A DNA stretch of 64,000 bases. It comes from Hamiltosporidium tvaerminnensis FI-OER-3-3. Its lineage: Eukaryota > Fungi > Microsporidia. Shown piece after piece: positions 22,961-34,051 of this stretch. Under the pieces are notes generated by a model, which did no database searches, was not told the DNA's origin, and worked only from the letters and a program-made list of their open reading frames with translations. The first letter of the stretch is position 1. Each line of letters opens with the position of its first letter. Position numbers and translations under genes: made by a program. The stretch spans positions 434,001-498,000 of the forward strand of contig CM061247.1 of the NCBI GenBank assembly GCA_022605425.2, given 5' to 3'.

Positions 22961-25344
22961 GAACCAGAAGGATTAAAAAAATAAGAAATTTTTTACGGGA
23001 TTGAATAAAATTTGTATAAAAGTCTTTATTTTCGTTTATTTCTCATTCTGTTTGATTTTATTTTTCATTTTAATCGTTTATTATATTTGACCATTTTTCT
23101 ATATTTTGAATCACTGGTTTGATTTCAGGATTTTATCCGTACTTTGGTTTTCCATAATTTTGGTATTTGAATGATTAACATATTCTTCCTTATTAGTTAC
23201 ATACCAATGAGGATATGAATTATTCGTGTCTTTCAGTTAATTTTATGGTAATAAGCAAATTCCTTACCAGCTCGGATTTGAAATTGATTTTTTAAACCAA
23301 ACTTTCTGTCGATTAAAAGAATTAATTTCGAATAATTTTCTTTTGAACTACAAGAAATCATATTCCTCTATTCTGATTGATATACGAGTTTATCAACGTA
23401 CATATTCTGGTATTTAATTATTAAACTATCTCTGCTTATAAAATTTAGAATTATTCATACAATAAATTTATAAATAGACCAAAATATAAACGCCAAACCA
23501 TCATAATTAAAGATTTTTGTACAAAGAATTTGCAGAAACTCTTGAGACGATCACTGACTTTACATATTATTTCTTGTTCACTTTCTTAGCTAAAATAAAT
23601 ATATCCTTTCTATTTTTTGGGTTTGAAATATTTTATTCTGGGGTCTACACATATCTCACACCCTCATTTTCAAGAATTGATATAATAGAGTGACTCCTTA
23701 TTTGTTTTTAAAATTTAAACTTATCTTTATCGAGTGAAAAAAAAGCTTTAAAAAAGATTAGTTTATTTAAAGTTTAATATGGCTTTGACTAAGCCATTTT
23801 TCACATCTTATTCCAGTAGGCTTATCAACTTTCCAGAGTATCATAAATATTGAGATTTTATTTCCGTGTTCAAACGGCATTTACCTCCAAAAGACTTCAA
23901 AAGACTTATTTGTCACATAGTTCAATGCACTACTTCTTGAGCGTTTAGAAGGATTAAACACATAATGATTCATTGTTCAGGGTTAACATTCATTTGGATG
24001 TAATTTCTAGTTTCTATTTTGTAATATAAATTTGCCAATCAAATTTTTACCAAAAATTCTTTCAGAAAATCTCTTGAAACCCTATATTTTGATTTGAATA
24101 AGCTTTTTGTTGGCAAAAGCTGTATTTAATTTTAATTAGTCACTCTTGAAATTTCTAATTTTACATAAAAATATTTTTTTTCCGAAAATTCATGAGAAAC
24201 AAAAATTTGTATTTTTGGCACTCAACACAATTAGAAACTTTTCGAATGCAAATGTAGATAAACACAGCCGTATATACTGATATGAATCAACTTAATTTAC
24301 GACTTCTAATTGCGTTGCATCATTCGAATCAGAAATCACAAGTTCTAAATTTTATTTTAACATATTTTTTACTCTCAAAAATAAATAAGCCGAAAGGTTT
24401 CTTTTTCTATATTAAATTATTCCTATGTATTCATAAAGACAACCCAATCACAAAAAAAGGTATAATTCTGTTTGGAAAACATATTTTTTTTCGTGATTTT
24501 TCCTTGTAAATTTCAAACCTAATTTTTGATACGAGGTTTAGTAATAATTCTAAAATAGTTGAAATCATCTTAGAAATGACAATATGCTTTAATTATCGTT
24601 TAAATAACCATAAATCACCATCTTGTTTGAACTAAACCAATACCTTAAAAAAATTTTGAAACATTTTTTTTCGTTAAATTGAAGCTTCGCTTGTTTGAAT
24701 ATATAAAAGGTTATCATTGTAAAATTATGTTGAATTAGGTAATATAAGTAATATAAATATATCGATTAAGTTACATTTAGATCTTTAAACTAAAGTTTAC
24801 AATTATTTAAATATATTAAAGAAAAATAGAAATCTAAAGTTTCTATAACAGTTCTACGATTTTTCTAAACAAACGGAAAATTTATTTTACCTAAAACAAA
24901 TGTAAAAACTATTTAATATTTTATTTCCACTTTTACGTAAAATTTATTACTTGATCTAAGAAAGGATAGATTAAATCATGCTTATCTATAATTGATTATA
25001 TAAATGATATATAAAAATCATATATTTAAGAATCTTTCAAAAATAATTTTAAAAAATTATGTATAATCGACTTTTATTTTAAACGTTGGTTCTTAACTGT
25101 TAATTATCTATAAATTTAGAGTCAGGTTTTGAATTTGAATTTTGAAGAGGAATATTTGGTGGTTAAAGAGGTATAAGAATGAATTAAAATGAAAATATTT
25201 GTTTGCACCGGAATTATAATAAATATAAATTAATAATTCGAATTTGAATATAAAATAAATTAAAAACTTAAGAAAATTCGAGATTAATTTTATCATTTAA
25301 TTTATCAAAACTAAAATATAAATGTGAAACTTAATAAAAAGATT

Positions 25345-25962
25345 ATGAATTCTAGTAGGTGTACACGAACATTGGATTACTATTTTATTGTTTTGAATAT
25401 ATTTTTTTATTTTGAAGTATCAATTTGTTGTCATAACAAAGTAGAATCTTTGCATTCTAAAACTAGTTATTCTCCTAATTTTGATGCTGATATTTTTCAA
25501 AAGTCTACTTGTTATGAAAATAATATCAATGAAATTCAGAAAAAATATAAAAACGATTATCATTATTCCAGACCTCATTTTAGAAACTTTTTTTGTCGTA
25601 TGCATTCAAACAAATGTATTCCTGTAACTTCTGATTTACAAGAATGTTCAAGTATTTCAAGATGTACTATAAAATCTGAAAAAAAACATTCTTTTAAAAG
25701 TAGCGATGAATCAGAGAAATTTTCAAATTTATATCAAAAACTAGATTTTGAAACGAAAAAATACATCAAATGCAAAGAAAGAATTAAAAATATAAGAAAT
25801 ACAAGAAAAAAGCTTGATTTAACAGAAAAACTTAACATTATTCAACTTGAAATCAATGAGTTTTATTATCTTTATAAAGAAAGAAAACCGGATGTCATTA
25901 ATTTACAAAGAATAGTAGATTCTATTGAATCTTCTTTAATTATAATTGAAAATCATTTGTGA
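25345..25962 (+). CDS. Hypothetical protein, possible signal peptide and C-terminal coiled coil
   Basis: ORF of about 205 aa from the first ATG. Hydrophobic YYFIVLNIFFYFEVSICC near the N-terminus. No recognised family. Confidence 0.55.
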   Translation: MNSSRCTRTLDYYFIVLNIFFYFEVSICCHNKVESLHSKTSYSPNFDADIFQKSTCYENNINEIQKKYKNDYHYSRPHFRNFFCRMHSNKCIPVTSDLQECSSISRCTIKSEKKHSFKSSDESEKFSNLYQKLDFETKKYIKCKERIKNIRNTRKKLDLTEKLNIIQLEINEFYYLYKERKPDVINLQRIVDSIESSLIIIENHL

Positions 25963-26071
25963 TGCCATCATGGTTAGTAAATTATTCATTTATTTATTTT
26001 TAACGATTTTTTTTTAAAAATATTTTTAATTTAACTATTTTTATTTCAATGTATATGACATGTAATAATCG

Positions 26072-26280
26072 ATCTATAAATTCTTACTTACTTACTCAAT
26101 GGTATTACGATCTACTAAAAGCTCTGCCCTCATTTAGTCTATAAATCTTGATTAGTTACTCAATGATATTACGACCTACCAAAAGCTCTGCACCCATTTA
26201 GTATATAAATCTTACTTACTTACTCAATGATATTACGACCTACCAAAAGCTCTGCCCTCATTTATTCTATAAATCTACTT
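26072..26280. repeat. ~62-66-bp tandem repeat, 3 copies
   Basis: tactcaatg.tattacga.ctac.aaaagctctgc.c.cattta.t.tataaat occurs three times. Confidence 0.92.
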
Positions 26281-27281
26281 TTCTTAAATAAATATAAATT
26301 TAAGTCTACAAAACGAATTAGGAGTCACTCTATTTAAGAAATTATTTAAACAAGTAAGCAGAGATATGAGTAGATGCGAAATAAAAAAATATGTCAAAAT
26401 TTAAAATATTAGATAGATATATTTAATTTAGATAAGCAATTAAATCAGAGAACGCTTATCAAAGTAGAATTATCACACATAAGTCATATAAAAGTATTTT
26501 TACACCAAAACTAAAGAAGTAAACCTAGACTAATGTTCTCAAGGCATATTTATATAAAATTATTTATTTTATCTTTCAAGTGATATCACTTAAGATGGTA
26601 TTCTAATAAATATCATAATATACTTTATTATCTTAAATGCCAAGTAACAATGAAGGCGTCTATACAGTCAAAACTATTTCCTTTAAAGATTAAGAAAACT
26701 CAATCAACTGAAAATAAACAAAAGAGTATCATTAGATTTAATTGAAGATACATGCAATATATCCAGTCTATATACAAGGTTAAAATATAAAAGAAGTAAT
26801 AAGACATTAACCTTGTACAAAAAGCAAAATATTGAATCTATAATTTTAAATGTTACAAAAAGAACAAAGATTAAAAAAAATATTAAAATCAAGCCTGATA
26901 TAAAAGAAGGTAGTAAAGATGACAGAAGTGGAATAATCTTAGAAAATAAATAATAGACTTATCCCTAGTATTTAAATAAATTTAAATTTTAGTTGAATTC
27001 TATTTTATTTTAATTTATTTAATAAAAATTTTAATTGAAATACAAACAAGATTATCTAATTCATTGATTAAAAAGATAAATTAAAACTGTAAGCAAATGA
27101 ATAAAAAAATTTGTAAAATAAACATAAAATATTTAAAACGAGATTTAAGTAAATCAGTGAATTCTTAAAAAAATATTTTAGGAAGATAAAATGAATTAAA
27201 ACGAGATTTAAATTAATAAAAACTTAAATTTTGTGAAAAATTTTAAAAAATAAATAGAAGTTATTTAGAGAAATACTTTAA

Positions 27282-28064
27282 TCACTTCTTTGTTTTTTTT
27301 ACCTCTTTTTTACTTTTTGAAGAGTCAATTACTTTGTTTTTATTATCATCTGATACTTTCTTTTTCTCTTTTCCTGTAGAAGCAGTCTTTTTACTTTCTG
27401 ACTTTGCTTTTTCATTTTTATGTTCACCAGCTTTCTTTGCCTCCTTCTTTGTAGGATCTACTTTCTTGACAGGTACAGACACAACTTCTGCTACTTCTAA
27501 TGTAACTTTTTCAATTACTGGTCCTTCTTTTTTATTTTTCTTTTCTGTTGTAGTAGATTTAACATTTTTAGGTTCTTTGGTAGGTTCGTTTGACTTTTTC
27601 TTTTCTGTTGTAGTAGATTTAACATTTTTAGATTCTTTGGTAGGTTCGTTTGACTTTTTCTTTGTTTCTTTTACAGGTTTAGATTTGACATTCTTAGTTT
27701 CTTCTTCTGTTTTTGTATTTAATTCATTGACTTCCTTTTTAGATGAAGATTTTGCTTTTTTAGAATCTTTATTTTCATCAGTAGATTTCGCCTTTTTAGA
27801 TGTCTTGGTGGTTTCGTTGGATTTTTTCTTCGATTCTTTGTTTTCGTCCTCTTTCTTTTCTTCTACTAAATTTTGTTTCAATTCTTTCTTTTCCTTTTTT
27901 ACTGTATTTGAGGCATTTGTTTTTTCCTTTTTACCACCTTTCTTTGTAATAGACTTACTTGTTTCTACAGTTTCATCTGTCTTAATATCACCTTCCACCT
28001 TTTTATCATCAATTTTCTTTTTATTAGTTTTACCCTTTTCTACACCTTTTGTTTTCCTTTCCAT
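27282..28064 (-). CDS. Lys/Glu-rich low-complexity ORF; either a separate gene or the distal part of a frameshifted Nop56 tail
   Basis: 260 aa K/E/T/S-rich with an internal 60-bp duplication. CCC-T-ATG at the start. The frame stays open upstream to about 28412, overlapping the NOP56 end. Confidence 0.7.
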   Translation of the reverse strand: MERKTKGVEKGKTNKKKIDDKKVEGDIKTDETVETSKSITKKGGKKEKTNASNTVKKEKKELKQNLVEEKKEDENKESKKKSNETTKTSKKAKSTDENKDSKKAKSSSKKEVNELNTKTEEETKNVKSKPVKETKKKSNEPTKESKNVKSTTTEKKKSNEPTKEPKNVKSTTTEKKNKKEGPVIEKVTLEVAEVVSVPVKKVDPTKKEAKKAGEHKNEKAKSESKKTASTGKEKKKVSDDNKNKVIDSSKSKKEVKKTKK

Positions 28065-28375
28065 AGGGTCAAATAAAATTTCATTATTTAAATTAGACCC
28101 TTCTTTATTAAAGAGTAAATTTGAATTTTCTAAAAATAAAGAATTTTTTTTATCTTTTTTATCTGTAATTTCTCTATCTTTTTTAATCTTCTTACTTTCT
28201 CTGTTTTCTTTACTTTTTTTATTTTCTTCAATTTTTTCATCTTCTTTGATTTTTTTATTTTCTTTATTACCTCTGTCTTCTTTACTTTTTTTATTTTCTT
28301 TAATTTTTTCATCTTCTTTGATTTTTTTTTCTTTATTACCTCTGTCTTCTTTACTTTTTTTACTTTCCTTAATTA

Positions 28376-29836
28376 CTATGTCTTCTTCACTTTTTTTATT
28401 TTTTTCGATTCTTTATTTTCTTTACTCTTCTTGCTTTCCTTAATTACTATGTCTTCTTTACTCTTCTTATTCTTCTTTTCCTCCTTGCTTTTTTCATCTT
28501 CTTTACTTTTTTTTAATTTTGATTTTTCTTTGTCTTCTTTATATTTTAACTTCTTGGAATTTTTTTTTGAATTTATTTTTTCATTTTTTATTTTGTCAAA
28601 GACTCTTTTGAGAACAATATCGGTGTTTTCAACTCGAATTCCTCCTTTAATATTTTTGACACGATCTTCTACCATTTTGAGTAGTGATTTTCCATATTCG
28701 TTAGTTTTTTCTTCGCTAAAATAATCAATTCTGGAGGCAATAGAGCATTTTGAAGCAATAAATCTACAGAGTTTTCCTTTATCATCAGAATTTACTTGAC
28801 TTACACCTGGTGCTTGGTATATAAATCCATATTTTGGTGTACTCGATTTTGCTTTAAGTGCTCTAAAAAGTGCCTTTTCTGCTCCAAGAACTTGTAAAGT
28901 TGAACTTGGGCATTTCGCCAAATTTAAAAGACTACCTGCAGTCGCAATTAACTTTGCAGAAAGTTTATTTCCCAAAAGTGCCAATAAATTTGGAGCAATC
29001 TGTGTAAGTTTTTCGATCAAATAATTATTTAAATTTTCTGCCGTTTTCTGTTTTTCAATTATAATTTTATTTATGCGAGAAATATTTTTTAAATCATAAA
29101 TAAAAAGTACCGAACCAACAGAAATCATATAAGAATTTAAAATCTTTTCCACAAATAAATTATCTTTGATATTTTTTAAAAGTTCATTTTTTAATTCTTC
29201 ATAATAAATAGATTTTTTATTAAAATTTAATTCATTTAAATTTACAGAAGAAGATTTTAGTTCTTCTTCTTTATTTATATAAAACTCAATAAAAATATTT
29301 AAAATTTTACAATAATCGTTATTGTTATCACAGATGTTTGACAATTCTGGAAAGAAATTACTTGTAAGTTCTTTAAGTCGAATTATATATTTTGAAATGT
29401 CTTTATCTAATTCTTCTAAAACTAAATAACTTTGAATTACAAAATTGTCTTCTTTTTTTGTGTCATATTCTATCTTGTCACGAGAATATTTATGTGACAA
29501 AGATAATATTGATTGGTTTATGTCTGTCTGTTTTTCTTTGAGTAATTTGATTTGATTTAATCGAATGTTTCTCATTATGTCGTTGTTTGATTTTACTGAA
29601 ATTTTTTCTTTACTCAAAGCAGAATGTAAAGATTTGTCACAAATAAGTGATTTTACTTTGTGAAGAGATAAAAATGATAAAAGTTCTGAACTGACTTGTC
29701 CTTGGGACAACAAATGTTGGTTTTCTAGACTTTGAGCGGGTGAAAGTGGATAAAACGAATGTAGGAATAAATTCGAGTCTTCATTTATCTTTAATAATGC
29801 AAAGCCCATAGAATTTTCAAATAGTATCAAATCCAT
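28376..29836 (-). CDS. NOP56: Nucleolar protein Nop56 (box C/D snoRNP, Nop domain) with KKE tail
   Basis: LFENSMGFAL, SLSHKYSRDKI, FPEL, APNL..L.G..L.AKLI..AGSL.NLAK.PSSTLQVLGAEKALFRALK and TPKYGFIY, KGK..R..A.K.SIASRIDYF. CCCC precedes the ATG. Confidence 0.92.
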   Translation of the reverse strand: MDLILFENSMGFALLKINEDSNLFLHSFYPLSPAQSLENQHLLSQGQVSSELLSFLSLHKVKSLICDKSLHSALSKEKISVKSNNDIMRNIRLNQIKLLKEKQTDINQSILSLSHKYSRDKIEYDTKKEDNFVIQSYLVLEELDKDISKYIIRLKELTSNFFPELSNICDNNNDYCKILNIFIEFYINKEEELKSSSVNLNELNFNKKSIYYEELKNELLKNIKDNLFVEKILNSYMISVGSVLFIYDLKNISRINKIIIEKQKTAENLNNYLIEKLTQIAPNLLALLGNKLSAKLIATAGSLLNLAKCPSSTLQVLGAEKALFRALKAKSSTPKYGFIYQAPGVSQVNSDDKGKLCRFIASKCSIASRIDYFSEEKTNEYGKSLLKMVEDRVKNIKGGIRVENTDIVLKRVFDKIKNEKINSKKNSKKLKYKEDKEKSKLKKSKEDEKSKEEKKNKKSKEDIVIKESKKSKENKESKKIKKVKKT

Positions 29837-30049
29837 TGGGGTTGAATTTTTTTACAATTTAAGAGATTTCAAATATCTGAAAATGTAAAGAGAATGAAAA
29901 TATTCAACAAGAAGTCTAATAAGTTATAGGAAGTGTTAAAAATTAAATTCTTTCAATAAAAAAATTGAAAAATTATTTATTGTTAAATATTAAATGAAAA
30001 TTTAAAATATCTTCCAATTTTTTAAGGAAATACTATATTAGATTTTATG

Positions 30050-30795
30050 TGAGATGAAGGAAGGAAGGATGTCTACAAAAGAAACTTTCTGCATGGCAAT
30101 GAGTGTGTCAAACTGGTATGAGGTCATTGTTAAGATTCTTGGTGGTAATAAAACCAAACAATATTTTCAGTTATCTTATGGAAGTTGCATGAGTAGGAGA
30201 GGTCTACGAAATGGTGAAACTTTTTCTACAAATTTATTTGAAGTTTTATGTAACTAGATTGCAGACCGCTGCTAAACTTGTAGATATTGCAAAGTAAATG
30301 CATGGAAACCTAGTCTTGATCACTCGGATTAGAGGACTTAGCGCCTGGGACATATAAAAATAAAAGACATTAAAAGCCAGGAATCCAAGTAGCAGGTTAT
30401 ACCTGTTGGTATGACATTGCACTGTCTAGGTGGACCCTTTATAAGTCTCTGAAATATATCTTAGCTAGAAGTTTATTAGGTTCAGAAAGTGTAGAGTAAG
30501 TGGGAATGCTGCATAGTCTTAAGGGAGACCGGGAGGCTTCGATCACATTACATGCAACAGACGTTAACGAACTCCGGGTAACTGCCTCGCCTATTCATTG
30601 AATTCTACGCACCTGGTAGATGTAAAACATCGAGATCTAGGTATCGCAGGGGGTACTGATGGACTTTTGGATAGCAGTTATTTATATTAAACTAGAACTG
30701 CGTTAATGTCATCAAAACAAATATAACACTTGCTAGTGTTTTGAAAAGATAAGATATTTTCAAATTAATGGAGATATATAATTTTAGACTAAACG
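30050..30795 (+). repeat. Full-length copy B of the unassigned ~750-bp dispersed non-coding element
   Basis: Inverted homologue of 20725-21530, lying about 210 bp upstream of the NOP56 start. Confidence 0.9.
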
Positions 30796-31479
30796 CCAAG
30801 TGCAAAAAAAAGGTTTCTATGATCTTGTAATCACATTGAATCACATAATAAACTTCTCTATTCTACAATTTTTTATACTGTTGCTTTTCTGATCTTTACT
30901 ATGATATTAATCCATCGAATTTTTATTTTACTCTTATATAGTTTATTTTAAAAGTAATTGTGGATCATAACTTCAGATGTACCAGCACACTTTCGCGTTA
31001 TAAACCAAAATAACCATCAAATCTGATTATAATAAGATTTTAAAATCACTCGGCTTTTAACAATGTAAAGTCCTGTAGAATCTTTAAAATCAGGTAAAAC
31101 CATATAGGCTTCGCGTTTCTGATCTATATTGACAGAAACAGGGTTCTTAAGGCACGCAGATTTGTTGGCTGTATTCAACGATAAAAAAAAATAACCTGCT
31201 TTATCTATCTGATAATTAGTGTACTTTGTTTCTTTCTACACTTAAGAAACAATAATAATATCTTATGTTTAATTAGTCCAAAAATACGCCTTCTTATTTT
31301 AAGCGGAAATTAAAATGGTTTTGCTTTAGAACTTTAAAGTTTTTACTTGCATTTCTATCGCGGTATAAAGACATCTCTCAATTCAATTCTTTGGTTAAAA
31401 ATATCGTAGTTAACCTTACTTTATTCTTATATTATTTTATTTTTTGAAAAATAGAATACCGAAAAAAAAGCTAGATATT

Positions 31480-32930
31480 GAATTCTGAAAGTTTAAATGA
31501 CAAACCGAGAGCGAGATATTTCTTTTAAGCTAAATAAAGATATATGTATTGTTTGTAATAAATCATATCAATCCTATGTGGATGCATTATAAAACGTGGT
31601 TATGAAAGAAACTATCCTCTGAAGAACTCGAAATATACTGGTATTTCATGAGAAAATACATATAACTTTAAAACGTGGGTTTAATTCTCAAAAATAACTG
31701 TTTAAGAGGTTAAAGCTTCGCAAGAAACAGAAGCCTGAGCTAGTTTCTATGTGATTTATTTTTTTGCAAAACGCGGAAAACGTTTTACAGACGGTGAATC
31801 AATCAAAGATTATATGATTGTTGAAACATTATTAATGCGTCTAAAAAAATTGTGCTTCTAAAAATATTTGCTAGTTTTCCACATAATAGTGATTTTAATG
31901 ATCGAAATTGCAGATGGTATAATGACACTGTTTTCTATACTAAAAAACCCCACCTGAAATAGTTCTTTTATCCCTGGATGGCTTAAAACATGTTTCGAAT
32001 GTAGCACAGAAGTTGCTTTTTATCTAAGAATAAATCTAATTTGGACATATGCAAGCGCTACAAGCCGTTCATGGTTTTAAATCCAACAACTAGTGAAGAT
32101 AAATTTCAATAAGTGGGAAAATCTGTTGCATAGAACAATCTTTTACAAAAAAACTTGAAGTGTGTTGGAACTGATGCCAAAAAAATAAAGATGACATCGC
32201 TTTCTTAACAAAATTTGCAAAAATAACTGGCATCTATTACTGGCCTAAAAAATTATATTAATGAAAAATAATCATTGTGTAGATAATGCTTAGACACGTC
32301 AGGAGTTTTAGGACCGATAATCTTAACTGTAAACCATTTCAAATTTCATTCACTCAATTATCGTTAATTCCGTGTGTTAATTTAATCATTCGAGAAAAGG
32401 ATTTACCATGTTTTATTGGTGTTCGCTGACTTGGCTGTGGAAAGTTTTGATGCTATCTTCAAAACTTAGAAAAATCATCAAAATATTTTTACATCAAAAG
32501 AATTGCTTCATTGTTGAGTTACGATGTAATATATGGCTATAAAATTTATCTTTTGATACAAATTTAATTAAGCATATAAATATTTTTGATTTAAATTACA
32601 AGGAAAAAACAATACTGTTGCTAATCCACTCTTATTGAATCCTTTTGTTTAAAACTAGTTTGGTTCAAATTAAATCAAAAAAATGTTTAAATTATGGCAA
32701 TACGTACCAAAAGCCAGGTTTATACAGAGAAACACTTTAAAAGGATTTTGCACTAAAACTTTAAAATACTATGAGATTAAAATTTGATTCTCGCCGTCCG
32801 AATTTCGATTCAGCAGCAAAATGTATTGAAATTTTTTACCTTATTTTTTACTGCTGATGTTAAAATTCTGCTCAAAAGCTCCCATTGGAAATAATCATCG
32901 AAATTATGTGATATTTTAAAAGATAAAAAT
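31480..32930 (+). mobile_element. Degenerate hAT transposase (GTF2IRD2/SPIN/Buster-like)
   Basis: Ordered fragments AKRGKRFTDGESIKDYM, SLDG..VSNVAQ.LLFI, LKCVGTDA, LNYR*FR, VR*LGCGK and LKLQGKN match the AK..KPF.DGEFIKEC, LDESTD..D.AQL, TDGA, LNHRQF, VRWLSRG and LNL.LQG motifs. Many stops. Confidence 0.8.
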
Positions 32931-32944
32931 TCAACCCAATTCAT

Positions 32945-33175
32945 CCATTTATCCCCGGCACTACAGCTCTGCACAATCCTTGGTCTCTCTCTGTAATACC
33001 GCCCACCGGTCTCCTTCCTGTGGGTTAGTTTACTTTTTCGGGTTTCGTAACAAGGTGGTTTTTAAGGGTGACTTGTTAGCGCTACGCCCAACCCCAATCT
33101 GGAGGACAGTCCTTTTAAATCGCTTCTTACGACATGCAGGAAATATTCCAAGCTAATTCTGCATCCGGTATGATA
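32945..33175 (-). mobile_element. Short non-autonomous RTE-derived element (5' UTR fused to 3' end), copy 1
   Basis: ggcactacagctct...ccttggtctct resembles the RTE 3' end at 37319. cgggtttcgtaacaagg...ttagcgctacgcccaacccc...tcgcttcttacgacatgc resembles RTE 5' UTRs. Homologous to 47990-48210. Confidence 0.75.
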
Positions 33176-34051
33176 ATTTATAGTATAAAATAATAACAAA
33201 TTTATTGGTGACTTAAAAAAATGATTAAACTTAAATTCACCTTCCTTTTTTACAGATACATTCATGAATTATCATAATTGTAATTCTTTCTCTAAAGTTT
33301 AGCTTAATTTTTTATTTTATTTCCTTTCTATAAAACATCTATTCTACAAAAAAAATAATCATGACTGGTCGAATAAAATGTTACATAAGTCATAATTTGA
33401 AGTTTCTTTGCTGTTATATAAAAAGTTCGATATTAAAAATTATTCTTGAAATGATTTTGATTTTCATATCTGCTTAAATTAATCCATACTAATAACAACC
33501 AAAGAGAAATTATATAATTGATTTAATTACCTTTATATCATGCAGCTCAAAAAAAAACTGCTTTTACACACAAAGAAAATGCTTTACACGAACAAGGACT
33601 AAAAAAATAAAAAAATTGGAATGATATAGAAATATATGGCAAACATAACATGACAAGCAAAAAATAATGAGTTAAATCAAAAAAAAATAGAAGCAAATCG
33701 GAAGATTAAGAAGAATATGCTGATTAAAAAGCATCTTGAATTTTAATAAATAATGATAAGAGAGGCTATAAATCTGTATATGAAAGCCTAGAAATGTATA
33801 CACGTATAAGAACAGACTAACTATAAAATCCAAAATAAAAAAATTAAGAAGTTATAAATCCAGCAAATTAAGCTAATATAGATAAATCTACGAAATGATC
33901 TTTTTTTGTATAAAATACGCTTAGTTGTACGAGCTTGCAATAATATTCGAATATAAAAAACGTGAGCTGTCAAATTATATAAAATTTACAAAAGTGTCTA
34001 AAATATCAAAATTTAATTTATATTCTTGTATTTGTCACATTTTATCATAAA

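Noticed and set aside
23000-24650. Possible decayed gene on the minus strand (similar impression at 11050-12500 and 57300-58050)
   Set aside because: Coding-like composition, but no stitched peptide I can recognise.
26072-26280. CRISPR-like appearance of the regular repeats (also 43221 and 7400)
   Set aside because: Whole units repeat with no unique spacers, there are no cas genes, and the context is eukaryotic.
27334-28443. 369-aa hydrophobic + strand ORF (also 28431-28724)
   Set aside because: Antisense shadow of the Lys/Glu-rich minus-strand coding sequence.
30050-30795. Dispersed element as rRNA, group I intron, RNase P/MRP or telomerase RNA
   Set aside because: No universal rRNA motifs, no correctly ordered P7 elements, no CR-I/CR-V boxes and no clear template were found by eye.
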